Positions 18,643 to 27,449 of a stretch of DNA of 64,000 nt are shown here, in pieces. The notes beneath the pieces were generated by a model, which made no database searches, was not told where the DNA came from, and was given only the letters and a program-made list of their open reading frames with translations. The stretch's first letter is position 1, and each line of letters opens with the position of its first letter. The position numbers were made by a program, and so were the translations under genes. The DNA lies in assembly GCA_965261395.1 (NCBI GenBank), contig OZ253462.1, positions 1,120,001 to 1,184,000 of the forward strand, in the 5' to 3' direction. The DNA is from Candidatus Latescibacterota bacterium (GTDB lineage Bacteria > Latescibacterota > UBA2968 > UBA8231).

Positions 18643-18649
18643 AGTGGCC

Positions 18650-19021
18650 TCATTTCTCGCGGTGAAAGAGTTGAAGGTTCAGTTGGTTCGGCCCCTCAAA
18701 AAACCCCAAGGTGATACCGGTCCCCCCACCGACGTCGAAAGGCTCTTTGGTGATGGTGACTCCCTTGTCCTCCAAGTCCTGTGCGCTGTTTTCCACGCTA
18801 TCGACCTTAAAGGAAATGTGGTGGAAGCCAGAGGCCTGCCCCATGCTCTTTTGCGGCATGAGTTCCAGCAGGATCCCGCCGGCGTCGAGGAAGACATAGT
18901 CCTCGTCGTCGTCGTTGGCAAAGCGCTCTACCACGGTCAGCCCTAGTTTCTGAGTGTAAAACGCCACCGCTCCTTCGATATCGTCGGTGATGACCGCGAT
19001 CTTGTGGATTTTGTGTACCAT
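18650..19021 (-). CDS. VOC/glyoxalase family protein
   Basis: Motifs IAVITDDIE.A..FY...LGL, LLEL and HHISFKVD. Confidence 0.85.
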   Translation of the reverse strand: MVHKIHKIAVITDDIEGAVAFYTQKLGLTVVERFANDDDEDYVFLDAGGILLELMPQKSMGQASGFHHISFKVDSVENSAQDLEDKGVTITKEPFDVGGGTGITLGFFEGPNQLNLQLFHREK

Positions 19022-19038
19022 CGAATCTCTCCTCTTCG

Positions 19039-19836
19039 TTAGCTAACCTGTTCGTGGTCGAGATGCTTGCGCAGCCGCCGTCCGACCACGCCGATTTGGT
19101 GTTTGAAGTCTTGAAAAGTATAGCTCTGGTGCGATTTCCAGTAGGAGTTCCACAGTGAGTCGTCCTTGTCCTTGACTTCGGCTAGTCGCGTCAGCGAGCG
19201 GCCCAGCTCGGTGCGGCGGAAGTTGCGGTAGGCTTGCTCGGTCAGGTAGTAGCCGTATTGGGGGTCGGCCACCTCGTAGCCGTATTTGATCATGGAGCGC
19301 GGCTTGGCGGACAAATGCGCGGCGCGGGCGTGGAGAATCGAGGCAAAGGTCACGGCGAGGGCACCGGCCTTGGCGACTACTTTTTGCTGCCCGCGGATCC
19401 AGCCGAGCTTAGCGGTCTGCGGCGGCGTGTAGAGTCGCCGGTGGCTGCCGGGCAACAGCATGGTCGGCCCCATGTCTTCCTCCACGTCCTGCGGGTAGTA
19501 CATGCACAAGATCTCGGTCAGCGGCCGGTCGGCCATATAGGTGTCGTCCACGTGCCAGCCGCCGCCGTCGCTTTGGCCGCCTTGCGTAAGGTGGTTCCAG
19601 AAGCGGAAGGGGCTGATGGCGACCTCGGGCGTCTCCAGCAGGAAGGCGATGAATTCGACGATCTTGGCATGGCAGAGCAAATCGCCGATGCTCTCGCGCT
19701 CGAAAATGTCGATAGCACCGTACTGGTGGGCGTCCTGCTTGGTTTGCTCCACCAACTCAGGCTCGACCCAGCCGTCGAGTACGACGTAGCCGGTGTCGAA
19801 GAATTCTTTTTTCAGCTCTTTCCAGTTGGCTTCCAT
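19039..19836 (-). CDS. Phytanoyl-CoA dioxygenase (PhyH) family protein
   Basis: GYVVL, WHVD (HxD), GPT.LLPGSH, distal H and R. Confidence 0.82.
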   Translation of the reverse strand: MEANWKELKKEFFDTGYVVLDGWVEPELVEQTKQDAHQYGAIDIFERESIGDLLCHAKIVEFIAFLLETPEVAISPFRFWNHLTQGGQSDGGGWHVDDTYMADRPLTEILCMYYPQDVEEDMGPTMLLPGSHRRLYTPPQTAKLGWIRGQQKVVAKAGALAVTFASILHARAAHLSAKPRSMIKYGYEVADPQYGYYLTEQAYRNFRRTELGRSLTRLAEVKDKDDSLWNSYWKSHQSYTFQDFKHQIGVVGRRLRKHLDHEQVS

Positions 19837-19848
19837 GGTCCCCTCCGT

Positions 19849-20250
19849 TTATTGACGCTGGCCGTGCGGCGTGAAATCCAGCCCCTCGCCGGGCTGGAAG
19901 TAGCGCTCTAGGATAAACTCAAACCCGAGTTGGTTGTGGGCGTTTTCCATCGGGTACTCTACGCCCGGAAAAGATACCACCCGCCATCCGTCGGCCATAG
20001 CTGCGGCCGCGTTGGCATAAGGACATTCGTTTTTGGGGTCGAAGCGGAACTCGCTATCAAAGGGGCCGAAGTAGTTCCACGCGATGACGCCCGAGTCGAT
20101 GCGGTCTTGGTCGGCCCAGATGTAGAGGAGGTGCTGCTGATCGCCGCCCTGTAGGTCGCGCAGCGCGTCTAAATCCTGCAAAGTGACGCCCGCGCCGCTT
20201 AAAATTTTCTCTTGCGACTGGCGTATCCAGCCATCTATAGCAGTGGTCAT
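19849..20250 (-). CDS. Hypothetical protein
   Basis: ATG 20250 with a GGAG RBS; first gene of the minus-strand run; PY.NA.AAMADGWRVVSFP...GFEFILER motif. Confidence 0.65.
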   Translation of the reverse strand: MTTAIDGWIRQSQEKILSGAGVTLQDLDALRDLQGGDQQHLLYIWADQDRIDSGVIAWNYFGPFDSEFRFDPKNECPYANAAAAMADGWRVVSFPGVEYPMENAHNQLGFEFILERYFQPGEGLDFTPHGQRQ

Positions 20251-20381
20251 ATTGGCTCCAGTAGGTTCAAATTTCGGCAGCAAATATAGAGCGAGCGAAC
20301 GAATCGCCGCAAGCTCGGCAGGGCTTGGCCGCTGCTAGCCGTGCCCCTATGTTCTGAGCCAAACAAAATCAGGAGGCTGTC

Positions 20382-21212
20382 ATGTCCCATCCGCTCTTCG
20401 ATCTATCCAACCGCGTCGCCTTGGTCTCTGGTGCGGCCAGCGGCCTCGGCAAAGCCATGGCCACCGGCTTTGCCGAAGCAGGGGCCGACCTCGTCTTAGC
20501 CGACATCAATGCCGACGGTTTGGCCACGACGGCCCGAGAACTGGATGCCTTGGGCAGCCGCGTCCTTCCGGCGACGTGCGATATGTCGCAACCCGATCAG
20601 ATTCGCACCATGTTCAAATTAATAGACGCAGAATACGGCCGCATCGACATCGTCGGCAATGTGGCCGGCAATGCGCGGCGCAATACTCCGCTCGACCTGA
20701 CGCCCGAGGAGGTCGAGTTTACCCTGCAAAACCTCGTGGTCGGTCGCCTAGTCTGTTGCCAAGAGGCCGGGCGGCGCATGATGGCCTCGGGCCACGGCGG
20801 CAGCATCATCAACCTCGTGTCGATCGCCGGCATCAATGCCATGGGACGCAGTCACCTCTCGTACAGCATGGGCATGGGTGCCGCCGCGCAGATGACCCGC
20901 GAGCTGAGCACGGAGTGGGCTGCCAAGGGCGTGCGCGTCAACGCCATTGTCTGCGCCCAGCTAATGAACGAGGACCTCAAGAAGCGCATCGCCGCGGATC
21001 CCGCGCTGGGCGAAACCTATTTGCGCGGCCTCCCCATGGGTCGCCTCGGCGACTCCAACGACATCAAGGGCGCGGCGATTTTCCTCGCCTCGGATGCCTC
21101 CTCTTGGATCACTGGCGCGATGCTGCCCCTAGACGGCGGCAACCTCTCCAAGAACGCCGGCGGCTCGCATCCGGGAATGCCCAACGCGCCCGCCGAGCAG
21201 ATCGGCCTCTAG
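20382..21212 (+). CDS. SDR family oxidoreductase
   Basis: SGAASGLG, NVAG and GSIINLVS; the active-site YxxxK appears as YSMGM (Lys absent). Confidence 0.88.
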   Translation: MSHPLFDLSNRVALVSGAASGLGKAMATGFAEAGADLVLADINADGLATTARELDALGSRVLPATCDMSQPDQIRTMFKLIDAEYGRIDIVGNVAGNARRNTPLDLTPEEVEFTLQNLVVGRLVCCQEAGRRMMASGHGGSIINLVSIAGINAMGRSHLSYSMGMGAAAQMTRELSTEWAAKGVRVNAIVCAQLMNEDLKKRIAADPALGETYLRGLPMGRLGDSNDIKGAAIFLASDASSWITGAMLPLDGGNLSKNAGGSHPGMPNAPAEQIGL

Positions 21213-21215
21213 GCG

Positions 21216-21947
21216 ATGAATGTTGGCATCTGGCAGACTATTCCCCAACCGGCGATTTCCCGCTACTTAGGGCTAATGGGCTGGGACTGGATCGTTCTCG
21301 ACCTCCAGCACGGCCCAATGACTTGGGAGACCGCCTATGAGTGCATCTACGCCGCCCGCCCGACCGGTGCTCGCCCCCTGATCCGCACCTCCGTTGGCAA
21401 CCCTGGCGAAGTGGAAAAGGCCCTTGATCTAGGAGCGGGCGGCGTCGTAGTGCCGATGGTCAACTCGCTCGCCGCGGCCCAGGCAGTCGCCCGCGCCGCC
21501 AAGTACCCGCCCACAGGGGCGCGCTCGCTGGGCGGCGACCACTATCTCCACTACGGCGACGACTATTTTGAAAAAGCCAACGACGAGACCTTGCTGCTGG
21601 TGCAAATGGAACACATTGACGCCGTTGAGCAAGCCGAAGAAATCATGGCTCTGCCCGGTGTCGATGGCTGCTTTGTCGGGCCGGTTGACTTGGCGCTGTC
21701 GATGGGTCTGTCGCGCCATCGTCCCGTCTATGAACAGGACCCCGCCTATCAGGCGGCGATGGAGCGGATTGTCGCCACAACCCTAGCAGCCGGCAAAAAC
21801 CCCTGCTGCAACACGTATTCTCCCGAAGACTTCGCAGCCAAAAAAGCCGCCGGCTTCGAGGCCCTCACCTTCAAGTCGGACCTCGACCTGCTAATGGACC
21901 GAGGCACTCAACTATTGGACTGTCTCAAGGGAAGCACCGGGGATTGA
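21216..21947 (+). CDS. HpcH/HpaI aldolase family protein
   Basis: Motifs DLQHG, LDLGAGGVVVPMV, YPPTGARS, QMEH and FVGPVDL. Confidence 0.9.
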   Translation: MNVGIWQTIPQPAISRYLGLMGWDWIVLDLQHGPMTWETAYECIYAARPTGARPLIRTSVGNPGEVEKALDLGAGGVVVPMVNSLAAAQAVARAAKYPPTGARSLGGDHYLHYGDDYFEKANDETLLLVQMEHIDAVEQAEEIMALPGVDGCFVGPVDLALSMGLSRHRPVYEQDPAYQAAMERIVATTLAAGKNPCCNTYSPEDFAAKKAAGFEALTFKSDLDLLMDRGTQLLDCLKGSTGD

Positions 21948-21981
21948 GTGTAGCACAAAGGCCAAACGGAAGGAGATTGCC

Positions 21982-22797
21982 ATGACTCTCACCTGCGCCG
22001 ATGTAGATTTTGACCTCAAGCTCGCCGAATTCAAAATCAACGGCTACGCCGTTTTTGAGGACATGATTCCCGAGGAAAAGATTGACCAGATCCGCGAAGC
22101 ATTCCTGCCGCTGCTGTCACATATCCAGGAACGCGAAACAGAAGTTTCCAACGTCGAGCTGGGCGACCCGCGCATCGGCCAGGGGCGTTTGCAGACGACC
22201 AACCGCTACACCCTGACCATCCCTTGGGTCGAACCCTTCGCCGACCCGGATATCTACGAGCACCCCGTCATCTTAGAATTCCTCGACCGCTGCTGGCGTC
22301 CCGACAGCTACGTCATCACCTGCTACCACTCCAATACCCCCTGCGAAGGGAGCGCCTTCCAACACTGGCACCGCGACACCGGTATCGCCCGCGAGATCCC
22401 TCACGTCGGCCTCGAAACCGTCCCCGTAGTAGGCGTCAAATTTCCCTTGGTCGAGACCTCGGAGGAAAACGGCAGCTTTGAAGTCCTCCCCTCGACCCAG
22501 TACCTAGCCGACCCGGAACTCGAAGGCCACTACGACGAAATCCTCCTCAAAGGCCACTTCCCCTCGGCTCACCGCCTCAACCTCAAAAAAGGCTCGATGT
22601 GGATCCAAGACGTGCGCACCCTTCACCGAGGCACTCCCAACAGCACCTCAGACCCGCGCCCCGAGTTCGTCGTCTGCTACTGCCGCGACTGGTATGCCAT
22701 CGCGCGAAACGTCGAGATGCCACAGGCTTCCTACGAGTCGCTCTCCGCCAAAGGCCAACAGCTACTAAGCCGTTACCGGAAGGTCGATTGGGACTGA
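21982..22797 (+). CDS. PhyH family dioxygenase
   Basis: Motifs NGYAVF, WHRD, ENGSFEVLPSTQ and LHRGTPN...R. Confidence 0.85.
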   Translation: MTLTCADVDFDLKLAEFKINGYAVFEDMIPEEKIDQIREAFLPLLSHIQERETEVSNVELGDPRIGQGRLQTTNRYTLTIPWVEPFADPDIYEHPVILEFLDRCWRPDSYVITCYHSNTPCEGSAFQHWHRDTGIAREIPHVGLETVPVVGVKFPLVETSEENGSFEVLPSTQYLADPELEGHYDEILLKGHFPSAHRLNLKKGSMWIQDVRTLHRGTPNSTSDPRPEFVVCYCRDWYAIARNVEMPQASYESLSAKGQQLLSRYRKVDWD

Positions 22798-22821
22798 CTC
22801 CCATCGCGCCAGCGCCGCCGC

Positions 22822-23739
22822 TCAGTCCGCGTTTTTAAGCTGCTCCAGAATATCCATCCCCACCCGCTGGCTCCACGCCTCCATCACCCGCCCGAATATG
22901 GGTCCGGGCTTCCCGTCGCCAATCGGCGTATTGTTGATGCGCGTACACGGCGCTAGACAATAGGGCGTGCTGGTCAACCAAGCCTCGTCGGCATTGACCG
23001 CGTCGTAGGGCTGTAAATTCTTCTCGACCCAGCCCAGCCCCAACTCAGGTGCCAATTCCCGCAGCGTCACCAAACTCACCCCTTCCAATATATTGCGGCT
23101 GGTGGGCGTAAAGATCGCATCGTTTTCTACCACGACGAAGTTGGCCCCCGAGCACTCGGTGAGGTTGCCGTCCAAATCGAGCAGCAGCGAGGTGGCGGCG
23201 GGATCGACCGCCTGCGATTGCTTATCGGCCAGCCAATAGTGCAAGCGCGAGCGGTTTTTGGTCTTGGGATCAACGCATTGGGGCGGCACGTGGCGGATGG
23301 AGGGCGTGACCGCGTGGACGCCCTGCTCAAAATAGGGCCGCCATACGGCAAAGGGCAGCGGGAAGGAGTGGATGCACAACGTGGGCGTCAGCCGCGCCGA
23401 TTTCCCAGCGCTGCCAACGTAGATCTGGTTTTCCCCAGGCGTTACAAAGTGCACGACGCCCAAATCCTGCTCGGGACCGATCAGCTTGCTATTGGTCTGG
23501 ATCAAGTCCCGCGTGCATTCGACCAGCCCCTCGTGATCCAGCGCTAGCTCAATGCCGGCGTACTTACACGACCGCAAAAGCCGCCGCACGTGCTCCTCCA
23601 GGCGGAACGGCTCGTGTCGGAACGTGCGGGTCATTTCGGTCAGGGTGGCACCCAGTACGATCCCCAAATCGTAGATATTGAGATGGGCTTGGGAAGCGGG
23701 TACAAAGCCATCGTTGAGATAGACGACCGGTTCATTCAT
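22822..23739 (-). CDS. Class IV PLP-dependent aminotransferase
   Basis: E.TRTF, H..RL.RS, catalytic Lys in KTKNRSR, ECSGANF and ILEGVS. Confidence 0.9.
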   Translation of the reverse strand: MNEPVVYLNDGFVPASQAHLNIYDLGIVLGATLTEMTRTFRHEPFRLEEHVRRLLRSCKYAGIELALDHEGLVECTRDLIQTNSKLIGPEQDLGVVHFVTPGENQIYVGSAGKSARLTPTLCIHSFPLPFAVWRPYFEQGVHAVTPSIRHVPPQCVDPKTKNRSRLHYWLADKQSQAVDPAATSLLLDLDGNLTECSGANFVVVENDAIFTPTSRNILEGVSLVTLRELAPELGLGWVEKNLQPYDAVNADEAWLTSTPYCLAPCTRINNTPIGDGKPGPIFGRVMEAWSQRVGMDILEQLKNAD

Positions 23740-24548
23740 AGTGCGTTACTCTCCTGTGAGTCCAAGGCGGTGCAGGCGGCGTAAAAATCGGCCATCGAGG
23801 TGGAAAAACCATGTACCTGCTCGACCTCACGCACGGCCAATTCCGTGGCCCACCGCGCCGTTAGCGTATCGGGGAATTCCACTCCTTCGGTGGCGTCCCG
23901 CACCAAAATGGTATTATAGCCCCGCCCGCGCATGGCGCGAATGCCGTAGTCGCGGCCCAATATACACCAGTTGGTCGCAAAGCCGGCGAAAAGCAAATGC
24001 AGAATGCCGCGCTCTTGGCACAAATCGTGCAGTTGCTGGCCCGTGCCCACGACAAAGTCCCCTGCCTCCACGGCGATATGGGGCGAAATGTCGAGTTGCC
24101 CGGTTAGGCTTTGCCAATAGGGACCAATGCCTGGCTCTTGGTCGCGCGGCCCCCGGAAACAGGCGTATTCCCCCTGCCGGCTGCGGAACTCAGCCAGCGG
24201 CCAAGCTGGCGGCGGCCCCGGTGCAGGCACGGGCGTGCAACCTTGGTACACTTCGTACTTATCCGGGAAATTGGCCAGTACTCCGGGACTGGGCGCCTGC
24301 ACGATGGTTAGGCCGCATTCCCGCGCCCGCCCGATGAGCGGCGCAATCACTTCCTTGGTCACGGCTTCAGCGCGCTCGATCCAGCTATCGATGTGATGCA
24401 CGTTCCACAGGTCGATCAACACCAGCGCCGTCTGCCCGACCGGCAGGGCGAAGTCCAACTCCCGCACGACGAAATTCTCTTCGCGGCACGGCACTTCTGC
24501 GGGTGTGCTGTCTTGGAAGTACTGCACGTTCAGTTGTAAAGTCGCCAT
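23736..24548 (-). CDS. Isochorismatase/cysteine hydrolase family protein
   Basis: TALVLIDLWN, GFATNWC and ILVRDAT. Start placed at ATG 24548 behind GAGGAG (the ORF track uses 24566). Confidence 0.8.
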   Translation of the reverse strand: MATLQLNVQYFQDSTPAEVPCREENFVVRELDFALPVGQTALVLIDLWNVHHIDSWIERAEAVTKEVIAPLIGRARECGLTIVQAPSPGVLANFPDKYEVYQGCTPVPAPGPPPAWPLAEFRSRQGEYACFRGPRDQEPGIGPYWQSLTGQLDISPHIAVEAGDFVVGTGQQLHDLCQERGILHLLFAGFATNWCILGRDYGIRAMRGRGYNTILVRDATEGVEFPDTLTARWATELAVREVEQVHGFSTSMADFYAACTALDSQESNAL

Positions 24549-24562
24549 GGTCTCTCCTCTCA

Positions 24563-25180
24563 TCACAAGTCTGCGATCATGTCGTAGTTGTTGGTGTCCC
24601 CGGCCTGGAACTCGCCCACGCGCCGAAAACCGAATTTAGTGTAAAAGTGGACGGCGCGAGGATTGTCCGCTCGCACTCCGCCCCACAACAGCAGGCGCTG
24701 CCGCCCCAGCCGTGGCAACAGCCTCAACAGATGCTGCATCATCAAACTGCCCAGCCCTTGGCTCTGGTACGCGTCGGCCACGGAGGGGGCTAGGGTGCAA
24801 TCGGTCTCGTCGTGCAGGGCCAAGCCCAATGCTTCGTAGCGCCGGCGATCCCCGGCCCGCACGCCTAGTTCGACGACGAAATACGCGACGATGCGCTCGA
24901 CTCCCTCTTCCTCGACCCAGGCCAGCATACGCAAAGTCCGGGCGCTATCCAACGCGGCGCAAAAGCCATCGGCCGTCTCTTGGTCAAAAGGATGCGGCCC
25001 GTACACCCGACGGGTGGCTTGCGACAAGCCGGTGAAGTACGCGCCTAACTCAGCGGCCTGATCGCCGCGCAAAGGACGAAAGCAAACCCGTTGGCCCGAA
25101 GTTAGCACCTCGCTAGACGAGACCAGATCGGGTTGTGCGTCTATGGCATTGGGGTCGATCTGCATGGGGACATCGTTCAT
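24563..25180 (-). CDS. GNAT family N-acetyltransferase
   Basis: VADAYQSQGLGS acetyl-CoA loop; NPRAVHFYTKFGF. Confidence 0.9.
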   Translation of the reverse strand: MNDVPMQIDPNAIDAQPDLVSSSEVLTSGQRVCFRPLRGDQAAELGAYFTGLSQATRRVYGPHPFDQETADGFCAALDSARTLRMLAWVEEEGVERIVAYFVVELGVRAGDRRRYEALGLALHDETDCTLAPSVADAYQSQGLGSLMMQHLLRLLPRLGRQRLLLWGGVRADNPRAVHFYTKFGFRRVGEFQAGDTNNYDMIADL

Positions 25181-25217
25181 AAGAGTTCGCGCGCGTTTTG
25201 CCGGGAATTAGGCTTCC

Positions 25218-26447
25218 CTACTCTCCCAGCACCTCCCGGGCAACTCTGAGGATGTTGCCGCCGAGGATTTTGCGGATGTCGTCATCGGCATAACCGCGTT
25301 GCACCATGCCGACCGTAAACAGCGGGAAGTTCGTCCACGCCGTGCTCTGGAACATGCGCTCATGGCGCCACTCGGAGCGCTGCACGGGGTCGTTGACCTC
25401 CCACAGTGCTTCCCAGCGCGGTCGGCTGCCCGGTCGCGCTGAAACCTTGGCGCTTTCCTCCTTGGCGCGACAACTAATGTAAGGTCGATCCGTGCCAATC
25501 GTCACGTGATCGACGCCGACGACCTTTGCCGCGTGGTCGATGTGGTCGAGCATGGCGTCGATACAGCCGCTGCCGCCGACAAAGGCCGGCACGTTGGTAA
25601 TGCCCACGGTCCCGCCCTTGTCGGCGATCGCCCTCATCACGTCGTCTGGCTTGCAGCGATGGTGGTGGTTCAGGGCCGCGCAGGCCGAATGGCTGGCGAC
25701 GATCGGCTTTTGCGACACCTCGGCCGCGTCTAGGCAGGTCTGCCAGCCCGAGTGGGCCACGTCGGCAATCACGCCGACTTTGTTCATCTCGGCGATCACG
25801 GCGCGGCCAAAGTCGCTCAAACCGGCGTTGGCTGGCTCGGCACAGCCATCGCCAATGGGGTTGCGGCGGTTGTAGGTCAGGTGCATCATGCGGCAGCCAA
25901 GCTCGAAGAACTGGCTGATGAAACGAAGCTCTTGCTGGACTGTAGCTTGCTCTCCTGGGAGGGGCACGCCGTTGCACGTCTGATAGATGCAGCGCCGTCC
26001 AGCGGCTTTTGCGGCGACGATGTCGCTGGGGAAGGCGGCGCGCGCCACGTGGTCGCGCAGGCGATCCGTCAGATGCGTATAGTGCGCCAGTCGCCCCAAC
26101 ATGCGCATGGGGTTGTTGCCCTCCTCGCCGGCGTTTTGCAAGGCGCAAGTCACCCCGGACGCCTCCCAGGCCCCCAAGTACTCGGCCTTTAGCTCGTCGT
26201 CGTAGGCCCAGCGCGTCATTCGCATCTGCTCCGACAGGTACTGTAGCTCGACTTCTGAGGCCCGCGCCTCCACGGCCTGCGCCATGGCCTCGCCGTCGAT
26301 TGGTGCTAGCAGCCCGAGGCCGTACGACTCGCACACGATGGCGTCGCGGTGCAAGGCCAGCCCGTGCTCCAACTGCGATGCGGACGGTTGCAGGATTTCG
26401 AGCGCCACGGCCCTCGCTTGCTGGATGTTGTCTTCCCAAGTAGTCAC
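25218..26447 (-). CDS. Peptidase M19 (membrane dipeptidase)-like amidohydrolase
   Basis: Motifs LTYNRRN.IGDG, GLSDFG, DVAH, ASHS and IGTD, ending with KILGGN.LRV. Confidence 0.82.
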   Translation of the reverse strand: MTTWEDNIQQARAVALEILQPSASQLEHGLALHRDAIVCESYGLGLLAPIDGEAMAQAVEARASEVELQYLSEQMRMTRWAYDDELKAEYLGAWEASGVTCALQNAGEEGNNPMRMLGRLAHYTHLTDRLRDHVARAAFPSDIVAAKAAGRRCIYQTCNGVPLPGEQATVQQELRFISQFFELGCRMMHLTYNRRNPIGDGCAEPANAGLSDFGRAVIAEMNKVGVIADVAHSGWQTCLDAAEVSQKPIVASHSACAALNHHHRCKPDDVMRAIADKGGTVGITNVPAFVGGSGCIDAMLDHIDHAAKVVGVDHVTIGTDRPYISCRAKEESAKVSARPGSRPRWEALWEVNDPVQRSEWRHERMFQSTAWTNFPLFTVGMVQRGYADDDIRKILGGNILRVAREVLGE

Positions 26448-27193
26448 TGCTTCTTACCTTTCTCCGGATTGGGGAACGGATGGGGATGCCCGGTGTAGGC
26501 CCGCTCGCCGCGCACGAGGATCTTTTCTGGATCGTCCTTCAACACGTCGTGCGAGTCGTGGGCGCGGTACCCCAGGGTCATGCTGCGCCGCGAGCCATTG
26601 CTGCGATTGACATCGGAGCCGTGGAAGCAGCAGTCGTTGAACAGCAGCACGCCACCCGCTGGCATGGGCACGGGTAGCGAGCGCCGGTATAGCGAGTTGC
26701 GCCGGAAGTCGCCGCCGGGGCGACGCGGCTTTGCAAAGGGCCGCAAGTGACTGCCCGGGACCAGGTACACACAGCCGTTGTCGATGGTCGATTCCTCCAG
26801 ATAGATGAGCGCTGTGATTAAGATCGGCTCGTACAACTCCTCGCCGGAATGCCACGGCACCGGGGCCGAGCCGGGCGGCCGCACCATGATGTGGTTGTGC
26901 TTGTTGGTCAGCAATTCGATGTTGTTGCCGAGTACGCCCGCGAGGGCATCGAGCACGATCGGGTGGGTCGCCGCTTTGAGATACACTGGATCTCGCGATA
27001 GGATTTTCGACAGGCGACGCACGTCCTCGGGCGTGCGTGAATTGGTGCCGGTTTCCCACTCGACGGGCTCCGCTAGAGCCACGATCTGTTCGTCCGTGAC
27101 CGCGTTCAGGCGAGCCACCAACTTTCTCGGCAGGGTCCGTGCCACCCGGTGGAAGCCGTTGTGGCGGAAGTACCAGGCTTCTTCCTGCGTCAT
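26444..27193 (-). CDS. PhyH-fold Fe(II)/2OG enzyme with HxG motif (candidate halogenase)
   Basis: PWHSG in place of WHxD; ALIYLEE...NGCVYLVPGSH; FHGS..N.S...RR. Confidence 0.8.
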   Translation of the reverse strand: MTQEEAWYFRHNGFHRVARTLPRKLVARLNAVTDEQIVALAEPVEWETGTNSRTPEDVRRLSKILSRDPVYLKAATHPIVLDALAGVLGNNIELLTNKHNHIMVRPPGSAPVPWHSGEELYEPILITALIYLEESTIDNGCVYLVPGSHLRPFAKPRRPGGDFRRNSLYRRSLPVPMPAGGVLLFNDCCFHGSDVNRSNGSRRSMTLGYRAHDSHDVLKDDPEKILVRGERAYTGHPHPFPNPEKGKKQ

Positions 27194-27388
27194 CTTTTTT
27201 CCTTTTCACGGCCCGACGATGACTGTGCCATTAGGTAGTCAACAATCTCGACCTCCCACGCTTCTGTCAAGCGTCTTTCCGATAGTCAGCTAGCACTCGT
27301 CGAGTGCCAGTTGCATAGCCTGCGATTCGTTTTATCTATACCAACCGAATTGTACGATAGCCCACAGATCTGTCCGTAACTATTTTTC

Positions 27389-27416
27389 TTGACATAACCC
27401 ATGTTGTAACAATAAT
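27389..27416 (+). promoter_or_regulatory. Candidate promoter for the Fic gene
   Basis: TTGACA-N16-AATAAT in the AT-rich intergenic region. Confidence 0.35.
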
Positions 27417-27449
27417 TCTCATTGAATAATCATTTTGGTGGAGAATTCC

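Noticed and set aside
27293-27307. Short palindrome GCACTCG-T-CGAGTGC
   Set aside because: The arms are only 7 bp, it occurs once and has no supporting context, so it may be chance.
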